The notes beneath the pieces were generated by a model, which was not told where the DNA came from, did no database searches, and saw nothing but the letters and a program-made list of their open reading frames with translations. A DNA stretch of 63,307 nt, filler included, from Olpidium bornovanus S191 (lineage: Eukaryota > Fungi > Olpidiomycota), in NCBI GenBank assembly GCA_017911155.1. It is 28 parts of 28 records of this genome, joined end to end, with 100 filler letters (N's around TTAATTAATTAA, not from the genome) between each part and the next. Parts side by side here need not be neighbours in the genome. Positions count along the whole stretch, not along the records: positions 33,721 to 35,893 come from JAEFCI010005130.1; positions 35,994 to 42,413 come from JAEFCI010004254.1; positions 42,514 to 44,520 come from JAEFCI010006885.1; positions 44,621 to 46,805 come from JAEFCI010007344.1; 24 more parts are not named here. One strand, given 5' to 3'. Positions within the stretch are counted from its first letter, which is position 1. Every line of letters starts with the position of its first letter. Of the stretch, positions 34,764 to 46,905 are shown piece after piece. The position numbers were made by a program, and so were the translations under genes.

Positions 34764-36126
34764 GAGCAGTGTCAGCCGGCTCTTTCCGGGGCTTTCGCTC
34801 GGCTCAGCAAGCCGGCTTGTTCAGTGCGTTCGGCTGCGCATCTCCGCCGCGCTCCCACCATTTTTTCCGCGGTGCTGCGGCGCGAGCCTTTCTTGGGCGG
34901 TGTCCGGGGCATTCCGCAGAAGCCGCAGAAGGTTGTGCTGTTTTCGGGGAGGGAAAGGGGCGAAGGCGGCGGCTCCAGGGCAGCAAACCCAGCCCGCCGC
35001 GCGACCGGGACGTAATCTGCAGAAAATTTGCCGCTTTTACTTCCCTCCGCACCCACGCACGCTTCGCACACAGAGTGAGCGACGTGGGTCTGGTCGCCCG
35101 CGGTGCGGAAGCACTGCCAACCGCAAACGCGCAGTCAGCTCATCATCCGTAAGCTTAGCGGTCCAGAAGAAACGATCGGGGCCAAGTTGGGAAACCATCA
35201 GGCGTTGCTCGTGCACGGCATTCAACCAAGCACGGGATTCGCGGCATCATTTTTCGCCGGCAAACGCCAAATGCTCTTGCGATCTGCAAGGGTGGCCAGC
35301 GTGCCTGGCACCGCGGCCGCCGCTTCCCGAAGGCTTGATCAGCCGACGGCACTCAACCGCCGCTTTGCAAACCGCGGCGGCCGACGGTAGATAGCGCACG
35401 GGGTGTGCACATGTAAGCCTCCGATCGCGGCGGTTCAGCTTGCCGCACACGGGTTGCACCTGTAAGCTCCCTGCAAACTCCTGATCCGCTGCCCGCACGC
35501 GCTGCCGCACTGGGGCAAGCCGCGGCAGGCGGGGATCGGCGCAGCGCACTCTCTTCCTTCACCCGTACGCGCATTGCGCTCCCCGGCCCGCCATTTCCGC
35601 CTTTCGTCCTCCCCCTCTTCGCCCCCGCACACACCGCCCGCGGAGTCTCGGGTTTGAAACGCCGACCACGTGACCGCGAAATTTCCGATTGAAATTAAAA
35701 TTCCAGGGGAATTGGGCGAAACGGCCATGCGCCGGGTTTTAATTGCGAAGCCCCCGCCAGCGGCGCTCGACGCCATGGAGGACGGAGAGAGGAGGCGGGG
35801 AAAGAGTTCAAAAGCCGTCTCCCCGTGGCCCCGGATTTTTGCCCCTCTGCAACTTTCGACTTCCCGATCATCTCGTAACCGCAATCCTCAATCNNNNNNN
35901 NNNNNNNNNNNNNNNNNNNNNNNNNNNNNNNNNNNNNTTAATTAATTAANNNNNNNNNNNNNNNNNNNNNNNNNNNNNNNNNNNNNNNNNNNNGGGGGGG
36001 GGGGGGGGGGGGGGGCGGCGCCCCTTCCTTTCCATCCCCCCAGAACACCCCCCACCACACACCCCACACACCCCGCGCCCACCGCCCTCTCCCCCCTTCC
36101 CGCCTCTTCCGGCTGCGACATAGGTG

Positions 36127-36163
<37 letters not shown>

Positions 36164-36176
36164 ACCAAGGCCGGCG

Positions 36177-37896
36177 ATGTACGTGCCGGCACCCGGGCGC
36201 ACCGCCGGCGCACGGGCGCCCGCGGCTGCTCCGATGCTGGCGCTCATCGCCGCGCTGTCGGGATCCGGCGCCTGGGCGCAGACCGCCCCCCCCGCCGGAG
36301 GATCGCCGGTGTTCCCGATCGTCCGGCAGTCGGACTGCGCGCCGCAGTTCTCGGTCGGCGGCATCGTCGTGAGCGGGTGCACAACCTTGGAGTCGCCGGC
36401 TGGTGAGGGAGAAAAAGAAAAAAAGAATTTCAAGATCTTCCCCCCTTCCTCCCCCGCGCACACCGACGCACGTCGCCTGTCGTTGTTTCGCGCTCGTCCG
36501 TCGACGCGCGATCTGTCCAAGAGTTTTTCTGATGTTTCTCTCGCCCCTCCCCCCCCCGCGCACACCGACGCACGTCGCCTGTCCTTGTTTCGCGCTCGTC
36601 CGTCGACGCGCGATCTGGCCGAGACTTTTTCTGATGCTTCTCTCGCTCCTCCCCCCATCTTCCTCGACTTTTATTTTGTTTTTCTATTTCGTTTTCTCTC
36701 TCTTTGTGTGCACGTGCAGGCAACCAACCCTACTGCCTTCTCGCCGCTCCCCGGAACGGAGCGAAGCTCGGCCTGTGCAGTTTGGACTCGGTCCGGCCGC
36801 GCTTCGGGAAGGCCCAAGACGGGACGGCCCAGCCGTGCGACGCTTCGACGCCGGTGCCGGACCGCGGCGGCGCCGTTTTCGGCTGCTTCGCCGCCAACGC
36901 GGCCGGCAACCAGCTGTTGTGCAACAGCGGCGCGCGCGGCCTGCTGCCCTGCTTTGTGGCGGACGCGCCGCCCCCGACGCGCGACGAGGACGGTCCGCCG
37001 GCGACAGGCGCGCCGCCGCTCGCGCCGCCGCTCGCGCCGCCGCCCGCGGCGCCCCCGGAGGCGGCGCCGAGGCCGCGCGGCGGGCTTTCCACGGCGGGCG
37101 TGGCGCTCGTCGTCGCGGCCGGCACCCTGGTGTCGCTCGCGGCGTTGGCCGCCGTCGTCTACCGCCGGAAGCGGCGGCGTCAGTTCGCCGCCGCGCGGGA
37201 GGGCTTCGCCCCCGAGAAGCGCTTCGAAGCGGCGGCCTCTTCCGCGAAAAAGTCCGAGCCGCGGTTCGAAGCCGAGGTCGTCGCCGCAGCCCCCGCCGAC
37301 GACGCCCCCGCCGACGACGCCCCCGCCGACGACGCCCCCGCCGGAGGCGCCGGGCCCGCCAAGGCGTACCGGACGTCGTCCCAGTTCGGCTACCAGAGCT
37401 CCGCCCCAGTTCCCGACGGCAAGTCCGCGGCGTCGACGCCTGCGCCAGCGGCGGCAGCGGGTTCGCCGGCGGCTCGGGCCCCGCGGTCGCTCGGCAAGTT
37501 CGTCATCGCGTCCACGTACACGCCGACGCTCAACGACGAGATAACGATCCAGCCGGGCGACATAGTAGAGGTGTACCAAGAGTGAGTGGTTTTTTTTTCG
37601 TTTTTTTTTTTTTTTTTTTTTTTTTTTTTCCTGTGCCCCGGGACGGAATTTTCGCGTTTCGTTTTTTCGCGGCCGCTCTTTCCCGCCGTCACCCCACCAC
37701 CGCCGCCACCTCCGACTGACGCCCTTCTTTCCGTCTCTTCCGCCCTTCCCGCTCGACCTGTTTCGGAAAAAAAAAAAAAAAATAAAAAAGGTTTGACGAC
37801 GGGGGGTGCTCGGCCATCAACCTCACCAGAGATCGGGCCCGCGGCGTCTTCCCGATGCACTGCATCGACAAGGACATGGGCCGGCTGGACGACTGA
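36177..37896 (+). CDS. Type-I membrane protein: signal peptide, Cys-rich (FN2-like) ectodomain, TM, cytosolic SH3
   Basis: Exons 36177-36402, 36720-37581, 37791-37896. TM GVALVVAAGTLVSLAALAAVVY followed by RRKRRR; SH3 YTPTLNDEITIQPGDIVEVYQEFDDG..INL..RGVFP. Confidence 0.82.
36451..36655. repeat. 102-nt intronic tandem duplication
   Basis: CCCCCGCGCACACCGACGCACGTCGCC at 36451 and 36553. Confidence 0.9.
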
Positions 37897-38427
37897 GGGG
37901 ACGGCGCCCGCCCCCGTGTGCGCCGTGTAAATAACGTAGTTTATTTTTTTGCTGCATAAAGTGCATCGGCTCCCCTCTTTCCCTTCATAATCGACCAATC
38001 TGTTTTGTCGTTCCGCGTCCGTTTGCCCACCTCTTCCCCATCTTTTTCCTTTCTCTCCCCGTTCTCCCCCCGGCCCCCTCCCAACCACCACCACCACCGC
38101 AACCCACTTCTTTTTCTGGCATATTATCGGACGCCTGGCAAAATTTCAATCATCTTCCACTCCTTATTTCACCACCCCCCCCCTCCCCTTCCCCTCCTTC
38201 CTCCACCGTCCCTTTTGCTCTTCCCCCACCCCCCGCCATCCGGGCCTTTTCGGGCTCCCTTGATTTTTTTCATTTTTCTTTTCTGCGTTCCCTCGTCCCG
38301 AAATCGAGGCGTATTTAGCGTCCCTGGCCGCGCTCCCATCACACCCACGGTTTAACTGATTTTTAACCCCTTCCCCCCCCCGCCCCGTCCCCACTCCACC
38401 ACACACACACAAACACTCACGCCCACA

Positions 38428-38465
<38 letters not shown>

Positions 38466-38835
38466 CCGGGTGGGGGCGGGGCAGACTCAGGCAAAAAGAA
38501 GGGGCGGGGGGGGGGGGGGGGGGTTTTCCTCTGTCCAGCGGTTTTTTTTTTCGTTTTTTTTTTCCTGCTGTTTGTCGTCTTCGGTTCCTCTCTATGATCC
38601 TGATCGACCCGCGCTCGCGATTTGCAAAAGATGACCGGCGCGAAGAAGCGACGCGCGCTCCGCCGCTTTTCGAAGCGAAAAAGAAAACTTAAAGGGCCCG
38701 AGAGAGAGCGCCGGCAGGGGGGGGGGCGCGAGTCGGGCCGGCAAACCACACGGGGTTATTTATTTATTTATTTTTTTTTTTTGTTTTTAGCTTGCCGTCC
38801 AGTTCCGGGAGGAAGGTGGTGGTGGGGGGGGGGGT

Positions 38836-38866
<31 letters not shown>

Positions 38867-39972
38867 GTCCGCGCGCCAAAATCGGCACGTCGGGGGCGCT
38901 ATGGTGCCCTCGCTCTAGACTCAAACATTTTTTTTTGACCCGTGCGCCAACCGCTACTCCTCTTCAGAAAGACAAGACATCTGGAATTTGTTTTTTATAT
39001 ACGGTTTAAAGAGCTGGACTTCCTCTACAGATCGTATAAAACGGATTTGAAATTGACAATATTTTTGGAAAAGAAGAAGAAGATTGAGATTCAGGACCGT
39101 CAACACAATTTTGTATGGCGCCAAAACCGGATTTGATACGTCAAATTAACCCGCGAACACAACACAACAGTTTTTATTTTTATTCAGACAATATCAGGGA
39201 AGCTACCCTGATCATCCTTTGCGGATGCGGGCGACAGGGTTTAAACTTTTTTTTTTTTTTTTTTTTTTTCAGCGGCTTCTGTTTTCGTGCGCACCCCAAG
39301 ACCGTTTGCATATGCCTCGATGTGCCAGCAAAAGCCCTTTCGGGCAAAGGCGTCTGATTTGGTCGAGAGGGATGTTGTCGAGAATTGTTGGGAACTTGAT
39401 CACAAAGCGCTTTGTGCGAGTAGTCAGCGTTGGTGACGAGCAAGTCGTTTTGGCAGCACCCCTCAGAACCTGGCAAATCAACAGCATTAGATCACGATAT
39501 TGTCAAGTTCAGAACAGGATAACCTGATGTGCCTTTCAATGAAATTGCATTTGCAAATGGTATTTGAGATACAGCATGACCACGTGGCTCTGCTCCTCAA
39601 CAGCCATCGCGATATGATTCTGTCATCGCGATATGATTCTGTCATATGAGATGTACCTGGATTTTTTTTAAAAAAAATGGGAATTATCATATATTAGAGA
39701 ATATTTTTGCAGAATGGAGAATAACAGGATACTCTGAAATGTTCGGTTATGTCGTGTTTATTTTTGGTTGTGTTTGTTGGAGTAAAGAGTTGGAGGTGGG
39801 AATTATGTCTATACGAAGCGACGAATCTCAACACCCCACCTCGATGAGTATGGACGTAGAAAAAGGTGGTGAAGGCAATGATGAGTAAGAAGGGAATTTG
39901 AGTACGTTGCATGCAGAACTGGAGGGTAAACCAATCAAGTCCCTCGAGGCAACCACACGGGGCCGCGGGTGC

Positions 39973-41385
39973 ACCCTTCTTTCGCACTCGATCAGGCGCA
40001 ACCCCGTATAGCGCGAACGTCTCCGTCTAATTTACTGGTTAACTACGCCCACACCGATCATTGCGCGGAAGCGCTGGAACTTGCTCCTGTCCAACGGCTT
40101 GGTGAACATGTCTGCGGGGTTGTCCGCGGTGTCCACGCGCTCGACGACGATGATCCCGTCAGTGATGGTGTGTCGCATGTGGTGGTGTCGTATGTCGAGG
40201 TGTTTACTGCGGCGCGAGGTTCTGTTCTCGTTGGCGAGGGCGATGGCGGCGTTGTTGTCGATAAAGAACCGGGTCGGTCCGCGCACGACGTCAGGATCGA
40301 TGAACTTGGTGACGACACGGAGCCAGGTGATGTCTTGTGTGGTGGCGGAGCCGGCGATGGTCTCAGATTCGGTTGAACTCAGTGCGACGCACAGTTGGCG
40401 GTTGCTGCGGTGGGCGACGGGTCCGTCGGCGTGCATGATGATGTATCCGAAGGTACTGGCCCTCGTTTCTTTGCATCCATCCCAGTCGGCATCCGTGAAT
40501 GCCATTAGTATGGACGTATTGGCGGGGGTGCCTTGGTCATTGGTGGCAGACGCAAATGGACTGAGGTTGTTGGAGGTAGACCCAGGCGGCTCCAAGTAGA
40601 ACCTGATCCCGTAGTCCGCTGTGCCTCAAAGGTAGCGGAGGACTCTCTTGGCGCCGCCGTGTACCTGGCAAGGAAAGAGACTGCGAAGGCAATATCCGGG
40701 CGAGTCATAGACGCAAGCCAAAGCAAGCAACCTATAGCTTCTGCGTACCGATGAGATTCAGCGTCGTCCGCCGGATCTTGATCACGGGGTTCGGAGAGCT
40801 GATTAACGGCATTGGACTCTAGCGGTGTCGCAACCACACGTGAGTCGTGCATGTTAAATTTTTCAAGGACTTGGAGGATGGTGCGTTGCAGATCCATCGT
40901 ACGGCCAGACTCGGTCGCCGTGATCCTGATCCCGAGGATGAAGGTGAGGGCGGTGCTGTCGGTCATTTTGAACTTCTTCCCAAGCTTGACTTCCATGGTC
41001 TCGAGGATGATTGCATTTGGGTCTGTGAGCATGATGTCGTCGACGTAGACGGCCAGTACCATGGCGACATTGGCGTTCTCGAGGTCAGTGACATTTTCCG
41101 GTCGGCGATTCGTTTGCGGCAATGCTCTGCCTTGTCGGGCAGGGAGGACGTAGATGCATGGTTTGTTGGGTAATTGGAAAAAACCAAGAGTGACTAGTTT
41201 TTCATGTAGCGCATGATTCCATACGCGGCCACTCTGTTTCAAACCGTAGAGCGCACGGAGCAGCAGGCAGACCTGATCGTAGCTGCCGACGGCGAATCCC
41301 TCCGGTTGCTCCAGGTAGATCTTGACGTCGCGGAGGTGTCTGTTGAGGTACGCCAGGACCACATCGCGTTGGCGGAACTTCCAGC
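39973..41385 (-). mobile_element. Ty1/copia RT (partial)-RNase H with PPT (39974-39983)
   Basis: DVVLAYLN, YLEQPEGF, LYGLKQSGRVWN, VYVDD, TRPDIAFAV, FTDADW, IDNNAAI, SKHLDIRHH, NPADMFTKPL. Confidence 0.96.
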
Positions 41386-42413
41386 AGGATGCAACCGCAC
41401 TCCTGTCGGCAGGTCCAACCGATAGTTGTCGTTCGCCAGTACCTCCTCGACCCATTAAGGGCCGAGGTAGCGGGCCCGGTACTTGGCGGCCAGTGTCATA
41501 TTCCGGAGATCGATCCCGCTGCGGTCGATCATCACAGAGTCCCGGCGTCGAAAAGCCTGCTCTCGACGCGGTCGGTTGTATTGCTTGGCCTGGGCGTCCT
41601 GCGCGGCCAAGATGTTGTTACGTGCCTGGGCGACGAGTGTCTTCATTCGGTCGGTCAGCTCATCTGCTGCAGGCACGGCGGTCGGGTTCGAAGCTCCGGA
41701 GTCTTGGAGCCCGGGGAGGGAGACCTGTTGCCCAAAGGTGAGCTTGAACGGCGTAAACCCCGTGGTGGTGTGCGGGGTGGCATTTTACGCGAGCTCGATG
41801 AGGGGCAGCTGGCCTACCCAATCCGTTGACCGGGTTCCGAGGGTCGTCCGGAGGGCCGTCTTCACGATGTTGACGCCGCTCTCCGCCAGGCCGTTGGTCT
41901 GTTGATGCCTGGCGGTGGCGACGTTCATTTTGATTCCAAGACAGGAGGCCAACGCCGTCCAGAATTTGCTCGTCCAACGCGAGTCCTGGTCGACGACGAT
42001 GCTACGAGGCATCCCCTGATGTCGGGGCACGTGCTCCACAAAGCGTTGCGCGGTTTGCGCTGCGGTGTCTGTCGTGGAGCACGGGATCAGGGTCAGGTAT
42101 TTCCTCAATCGATCAACGACGAGGAACACTGAGTCGAAGCCATGGCGCTTCGAAGGGGGCGCGAAGAAGTCCATGGCGAGGTCGGTAAAGCGCTGCTCGG
42201 GAACGGGGAGCGGCCGCAGGAAGCCGGTCGGGCGGTTCTTGGGTTTGTGCCTTTGGCAGGCGTCACAGGTGGCGATCCACTCGGCGACGCCATTTCGAGA
42301 GCCCGGCCAATCGTATTGGCGTCGAAGGGCCTCGAAGGTACGGGTCACGCCGGCGTGGATCGGGTCGTGTACCGTCTGGATCACTTCGAAACAAAGCAGC
42401 CCGTCATTCGGTA
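41386..42413 (-). mobile_element. Ty3/gypsy integrase (HHCC, core, C-terminal), degenerate
   Basis: H..HAG..WP..CDACQ, MDF, VVDRL, DQDSRWTSKFW, HQQTNGLAE, AQAKQYN, YLGP, NYRLDLP..RLHP. Confidence 0.96.
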
Positions 42414-43543
42414 NNNNNNNNNNNNNNNNNNNNNNNNNNNNNNNNNNNNNNNNNNNNTTAATTAATTAANNNNNNNNNNNNNNNNNNNNNNNNNNNNNNN
42501 NNNNNNNNNNNNNACAGCGGCCGACATTTTTGGAGCAGACTGGAAACAACCGCGGCTGCTATTTTCGAAACAAACGGGCAGTCGAAGGAGACGGAGGGCG
42601 AAAGTGAGTGTAGAGTTCCTGGAGGGCTGGCATGCCGTCGTTGCGAAATACGCTGCGCCCTCTCTTTGCTGTTTGCATCAAAGAGCTGCGTTGCATACAA
42701 GACCCCTTCCCTGCCCTGCCTTTTGATTTTTATATTTTTAGCCGACGTCCTGAAGCGGCGGCGGGCTTCCTTGCCCCCTCGCCGCTTACTTCAACAAACC
42801 TATCCTTGTGCGTTGTGCTCCTTGTTTTGTCCGCATGCGTCTGCCCTGTGTGCTGCGCGTCTCGGTTGTCGGGCCTGCCTGAGCCCCGTTCGCAGCTGCC
42901 TCGCGGCCTCACTCGTCTTTTCCTTTCTGGAACGCCACGCTGCCGGTCCGACTTTGGTTTGCTCACCGTTACTCTGCCGGTCTTCACTCGCTTTCGTTTG
43001 CTCGCCCCTTTAGTTCTCCCCGTTCGAGCCGGAGTCGGGGCCCAGAGCCGCCGTTGCGATCCGCCGGGAAAGGCGAAAGCTGCCGAAGAGAGCCGGCGGC
43101 GGACTCCGGAGGGCACGAGGCGGCGTTCCACACAAACGCAGACGGGGCCCGAGCTGTCCGTGAGCGATCGTGACAGGCGTCTGATCGCGGTTTGTTTCTT
43201 TATTTTTTTTTGTTTTTTGCGGTCGCCGGTGTACTTTTTTTTTAATATGGAGAGAGGCGGGGAAGGGGGGGGGGAAAGCGCCGGGGCATTTTTTTTTTGT
43301 GAGCGGTGGGGGGGAAGCCACCGGCGTACCTCAAATCTTTTTCTTTTCTTTTTTTGTTTGTGGTGGCCGCCGGCTCACATTTTCTTTTTTTTTATTAAAA
43401 TAAAAAGTACGCCAGCCGCCGGTGTTACGATTCGCTCTGCTCTTTTTTCCGTCTTTCCTTCTTCTCTCTTTTCCTGTGTTTGCGTTTGAAGGGGAGAGGA
43501 GAAGCTCGGAGAGCTCCCATCCCGGTCGTTGGCATCTTTAATG

Positions 43544-43553
43544 GTCACGTGAC
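43544..43553. promoter_or_regulatory. Palindromic extended E-box GTCACGTGAC (Cbf1/USF-type); variants at 8237, 10247, 14899, 35666, 50758
   Basis: Motifs read directly; function inferred from the bHLH consensus only. Confidence 0.4.
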
Positions 43554-43933
43554 CCTTCGACTATTTGTTCCAAGGACACAATCGAAAAAGAGCAGAACGT
43601 GCAAATATTGCGGGCGTGCGCGCGTGGATAATCTAAATACAACGTATTTTTCCTAGGTTTTGTCCTGTTTATACAGGCGGAGAATGAAATTTAGACCGCC
43701 GGAGTTGCGGAGAATATAAGGGCGTTGAAGCCGATAAGGCAGAGTAGGTCTGCGCACCGCGAAACTGCGGTCTGTAAACGTGATGCGGATATGAAAAAGT
43801 TAACAGTGCGGCGCCTCTAGCAGGGCTCGGCGGGATTACCCGACGTGAGGAATAAAACATTAGCGGCCGAAGAATTCGGCGGTAGACGGAGGATCCAGCG
43901 CCCTGCCGCCTTTTTCGTGCTCGTTCAAATCCC

Positions 43934-44520
43934 TTATCTGCCCGCACGGTAAACCGCCCACATGTTGCCCATGCGGTCGACCTGGCCTTGCGTGAAATGC
44001 GTCATGCAGATGTCGTCCCTGGATACGTGTGACGCGCGAATTTGACGATTGGGGAATCAAACGCGTCAGTCGGCGGGGCTGTGGCAGCACCGCGATGCGG
44101 GTCAGGCCGCGCAAAAGTTGGGCGACGGGGGAAAAAGGAGGAGAAGGCGTGGTACGCGCCAGAGAAGCGGTATGCGTGCCCCCGCGAAAAGAGCGGGAAA
44201 CGCGCGCGACCCGTGCGGCAAGTCCCCCAGCGAAAGGCTGACGGAAACTTACGAATAGTCCATAAAGTTTGTCACGTCGTCGGCGCCGTCGAACCCGGGC
44301 CCGGTGCAGCTGTCCTGGCCGATCGGGCACCCCGTACTTGCAAACTGCTGCGCGGGCGTGTCTGCCACGCCGTCGTTTTCCGCGGAGCAGCCGCCTTCGA
44401 ACTAGGACGGGAAATTTCGTTTGTTTTACATTTCAATCGTCAACTTCTGCGGATGCTCCCGCGCGACATAATCGGCAAACCCACCGTGTGGTACAGTCCC
44501 AGGAAATGTCCGACCTCATG
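43934..44520 (-). CDS. M43 (pappalysin/MEP1-like) zinc metalloprotease, 3' part
   Basis: Exons 44485-44520 (HEVGHFLGLYHT), 44253-44401 (FEGGC..DGVADTP..GCP..DSC..NFMDYS), 43934-44018 (DDICMTHFTQGQVDRM..W..YR). Confidence 0.96.
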
Positions 44521-44620
44521 NNNNNNNNNNNNNNNNNNNNNNNNNNNNNNNNNNNNNNNNNNNNTTAATTAATTAANNNNNNNNNNNNNNNNNNNNNNNN
44601 NNNNNNNNNNNNNNNNNNNN

Positions 44621-44990
44621 ACCTTCCGTTCATCGTGGGGACGCCCGGCCAACCGGTCAGATCGAGGAGAATTTCTCAGATATTATGCCGCAGAGCTGTG
44701 TCAACGCGGAATCCGATGCGAAACGACCGTCAAGCATGCCCCCCAACAGAACGGGGTGGCAGAGAGCATGAGCCGGATGATAGAGGATCGCGCTCGAGCC
44801 ATAGTGATTACGTCGCGCCCTTCATCCAAACTATGGGACGAGGTCTGGAGGACTACCGTACGCCTCTACAACCGATCGCCGCACCTATACCTAGACGGAG
44901 GTCTGCCGCATCTCGCGTTCTTCAAGCGTGGGGTCATCACCCTTGACTATCTCCACGTCATCGGGAGCATCGCCTACGCAGGGTTGCGGC
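44621..44990 (+). mobile_element. Ty1/copia integrase core remnant
   Basis: RGIRCETT..APQQNGVAE..RARA..LWDEV..YNRSP..LHVIGSIAYA. Confidence 0.9.
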
Positions 44991-45559
44991 CCGGGTTCCA
45001 AACGCTCGTCGGGGACCGCGGACACAAGAACCCGCCGGGCTTCCCGTCCCGCGGACGGACGGAGTTTCGTTCCCGCGGAACACCGGACCTGGCCTTGCTT
45101 TCTGTCCTTCCCAAACCCCGAAACACGAAATTAACGAAAATACGGCCCGGACGAGTTTTATTTCCAGTCGTCGGTCACGCATGGGAGCTGCGACAGCTCA
45201 TAGTCAGCAACGGCTTGCACGTACGGCAGTTCGGTTAGGATGCGCGTTCTTGAATGCGGACATGCCTTTCACAGAATGACCGCCGTCTTCGGTCACTGAC
45301 GTACTTCGTGTAATATCTCCATCCGCGGACACATCAAATTGGAAATTCACAAAGCTGTTTGCGAAACGGCACCTCCTCGTCAAGAAAGCTTTAGTTCACT
45401 CCCTGAAACGGCGGCGCACGATTCCATGTCAAATGGCATTCACCACCTTGGCCATGGGAAAACAACGATGGCATATGTGTGACCTGACGTGGCCACCGCT
45501 CTGGACCTCCCGATTGGAACAGGGGCTGACAAACCCCAGTAACCGCCTCCCGTCAACCT

Positions 45560-46805
45560 TTTGTCTCCCTGTGTGGCGCATCCATTTTGTCAATTTTAGC
45601 CTTCTGTGAGTTCCAAATGGCTTCCTGGATCCCTGCATTCACCAGCTCGTACGTCTGGGACGGGGTTCCGGTGGCCGGGATAGTCTTGCAGTGGTCCACG
45701 TGCAACAATTTGCGGCCGCGTTGAACGGTGCGTCATTGGTCTACGACGACACAGGATCTGCGAGCTTTCGCGCAGCGTCCACGCAACTCGGGACTTACCA
45801 CCAGATTCTGGAAGCGGCTGTACCAATCCGTAATCGGGCCGATGAGGTCCTCGAAGGCGGCCAGTTGAAACTGTAACTGCGTGTCTTTATTGCCGTCATC
45901 GTCTGGCGGCACCAAGCGCCCGTGGACACCCTGACCGCACACGCCGTTAATGTAACGCCGGGCTTTTCAGGCGGAGGCGCTTTCGCGGGCAGTTGTTTCG
46001 CAGCACCTCGCAGCACCGCGGCTCTCACCGGCACGTCGCGCGGCGGCGGACGTAGATCCAAGTGATACGTGTTTCCTGTGAGCGGATCAACTCTCCGCCC
46101 CGCAGCTCGTCGAAAGGCGGTCTCGTTATCAATATCCAGATATATCAACTTGTCTATCCCGCTCGTCGGCGGCGCGGCGTTGGCCTCATCAGGGTCGTAT
46201 CGGGTGGGGGCAATCATCGACTTCTTCTTGACTGGTGTCGAAGGCTTCTCCTTGCCTGCGGTTCCTTGCCGCTTGAGGTTTCCGGGTTTGACAGGCTTTG
46301 GGTCCTCGTATCTGAAACGCAAACGCTTGTAAACCCAGCGAGAGGCGTAATCCCCAGCTAAATGACGCCAATGCTTCCGTCGACTCGGATGCCTAAGCAC
46401 TGCGCGCGTAGCCTACCCTGTTAGCTCCTTCTCAAGAAGCTGTGCTTGGGCTTTGGTTTTGGGAACGCCAACCAGCACCCAGCCGCTTTTATTCTGGCTC
46501 ACTGCTTCTTTGATATTCTCTGCCACGAGTCCAATGAGAAGAGTATCATCGGGGCTGCCGCTGTCCATCATGGCCAATTGAATCTTGCCCCCAAGCACAG
46601 CGCGTTGAGTTCCGCCAGCTTTCTCCGGCGGAGTCCCCTTCTTTCCGCCGGGCGTGGAAGGAGCTGGAGGCTGCGCAGCGGGCCCATGAGCCGGAGTTTG
46701 TTGGCCGTTGATCAGATTGGCGGACTTTCGGCTCGCTGGAGTCTTCGGGGAATCTCCTTCTGTAGCCACGTCCGACTGCGCGGCGTCCTGCGTGCCAGCC
46801 GATGC
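45560..46805 (-). CDS. SPEF2/CPC1-like central-pair protein, adenylate-kinase-like segment; internal fragment
   Basis: DDTLLIGLV..GWVLVGVPKTKAQAQLLEKELTG, LIYLDID..RRAAGRRVDPLTGNTYHL..PPP, QLQFQLAAF..WY across GT-AG introns. Confidence 0.65.
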
Positions 46806-46905
46806 NNNNNNNNNNNNNNNNNNNNNNNNNNNNNNNNNNNNNNNNNNNNTTAATTAATTAANNNNNNNNNNNNNNNNNNNNNNNNNNNNNNNNNNNNNNN
46901 NNNNN

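Noticed and set aside
39605-39642. 19-nt perfect tandem duplication
   Set aside because: Two copies only; typical slippage event with no spacer structure.
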